Source of the DNA: Neisseria sp. CP9
GTDB taxonomy: Bacteria; Pseudomonadota; Gammaproteobacteria; Burkholderiales; Neisseriaceae
Length of the DNA: 32,000 nucleotides
Assembly: GCF_047758525.1 (NCBI RefSeq)
Contig: NZ_CP180502.1
Span: forward strand, 511,357-543,356
Direction of reading: 5' to 3'
Under the pieces are notes generated by a model. It did not search any database and was not told the DNA's origin. It saw only the letters and a program-made list of their open reading frames with translations. Of the stretch, positions 31,390 to 32,000 are shown in pieces. The position numbers were made by a program, and so were the translations under genes. The first letter of the stretch is position 1; each line of letters begins with the position of its first letter.

Positions 31390-32000
31390 TTACCTTACGT
31401 TTTTCAATGCCAAGCCTAAGCCTTGCAGGTATGCAATCACCGCATCCAGCTCCGATTTGTTTTCCAAGGCTTCAGGCGCTTTAGCAATCTCTTCGTCGCT
31501 GTAAGGCGTACCGACTTTACGCAGGGCTTTCATATGCGCCACGGTTGCTTCGGCATCGACTTTGTTGCGGGCAAGCCATGGGAAAGCGGGCATATTGGAC
31601 TCCGGCACAACGTCGCGCGGATTCAGCAGGTGGATGCGGTGCCATTCGTCGGAATAGCGGCCGCCGACACGTGCCAAGTCCGGACCGGTACGTTTGGAAC
31701 CCCATTGGAACGGATGGTCATAAACAGACTCGCCGGCAACGGAGTAATGACCGTAACGTTCGGTTTCCGCACGAAACGGACGGATCATTTGAGAGTGACA
31801 GTTGTAACAACCCTCACGGATATAGATGTCGCGACCAGCCACTTGCAAAGCGTTATAAGGTTTCACACCTTCAATAGGCTTGGTGACAGCTTTAGTAAAG
31901 AACAGCGGCACGGCTTCAATCAACAGGCCTACGCTGACTACAAGCAGGGTAAATACAATCAGGACGCCGACTTTTTCTTCAGCTAATTGTTGTAATTTCA
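31390..32000 (-). CDS. ccoO: cbb3-type cytochrome c oxidase mono-haem subunit CcoO (5' end truncated by the window edge)
   Basis: [15 protein letters not shown] haem site. The frame stays open to position 32000, where the sequence reads (A)TGAAATTACAACAATTAGCTGAAGAAAAAGTC, that is [11 protein letters not shown]. The initiator A would be at 32001. Confidence 0.9.
   Translation of the reverse strand, partial: KLQQLAEEKVGVLIVFTLLVVSVGLLIEAVPLFFTKAVTKPIEGVKPYNALQVAGRDIYIREGCYNCHSQMIRPFRAETERYGHYSVAGESVYDHPFQWGSKRTGPDLARVGGRYSDEWHRIHLLNPRDVVPESNMPAFPWLARNKVDAEATVAHMKALRKVGTPYSDEEIAKAPEALENKSELDAVIAYLQGLGLALKNVR

Overview
This is Neisseria chromosomal DNA. I count about 42 exact copies of the 10-mer GTCGTCTGAA/TTCAGACGAC, usually extended to AGGTCGTCTGAA. 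That is the AG-mucDUS dialect of the DNA uptake sequence, typical of the N. mucosa/sicca/macacae group. A Correia repeat element is also present. All names below come from motif and synteny recognition by eye; no database search was possible.

Core genes, left to right:
- SRPBCC protein and a small orphan ORF
- pheA (-)
- misR-misS-like two-component system
- large CoA-binding/GNAT (PatZ-like) acetyltransferase
- rpsP-rimM-trmD-rplS operon
- hemolysin-III/PAQR protein (-) and an exported Cys-phosphatase lipoprotein (-)
- after the accessory block: glyS, ubiB, ychF, an orphan secreted protein, tyrS and a NADAR protein
- ccoP (three haem sites), ccoQ and ccoO (all -, ccoO cut by the window edge)

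Accessory block at about 11.3-20.7 kb, with no DUS in it (DUS pair at 13757-13796 apart):
- An 858-bp IS5-family (IS1301-like) element with an A7 frameshift sits 72 bp upstream of a TbpB-fold surface lipoprotein gene.
- A roughly 6.9-kb filamentous (Inovirus, Nf/MDA-like) prophage follows. It encodes an HUH Rep, a ssDNA-binding protein, a major coat protein, a g3p/TspB-like adsorption protein, a g6p-like protein and a Zot-like assembly ATPase.
- The prophage has no secretin gene and ends in an IS110-family (Piv-like, DEDD) recombinase.

The lead I rate highest is the roughly 280-360 bp ORF-free, hairpin-dense region just upstream of that recombinase. It contains a 77-nt hairpin that could be a packaging signal and a candidate IS110-type bridge RNA that might guide phage integration. 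This is inference, not demonstrated.

Other items of note: a tandem array of about 211-bp palindromic intergenic elements between ubiB and ychF, structured phage intergenic regions, and a Phe-rich upstream ORF before pheA.
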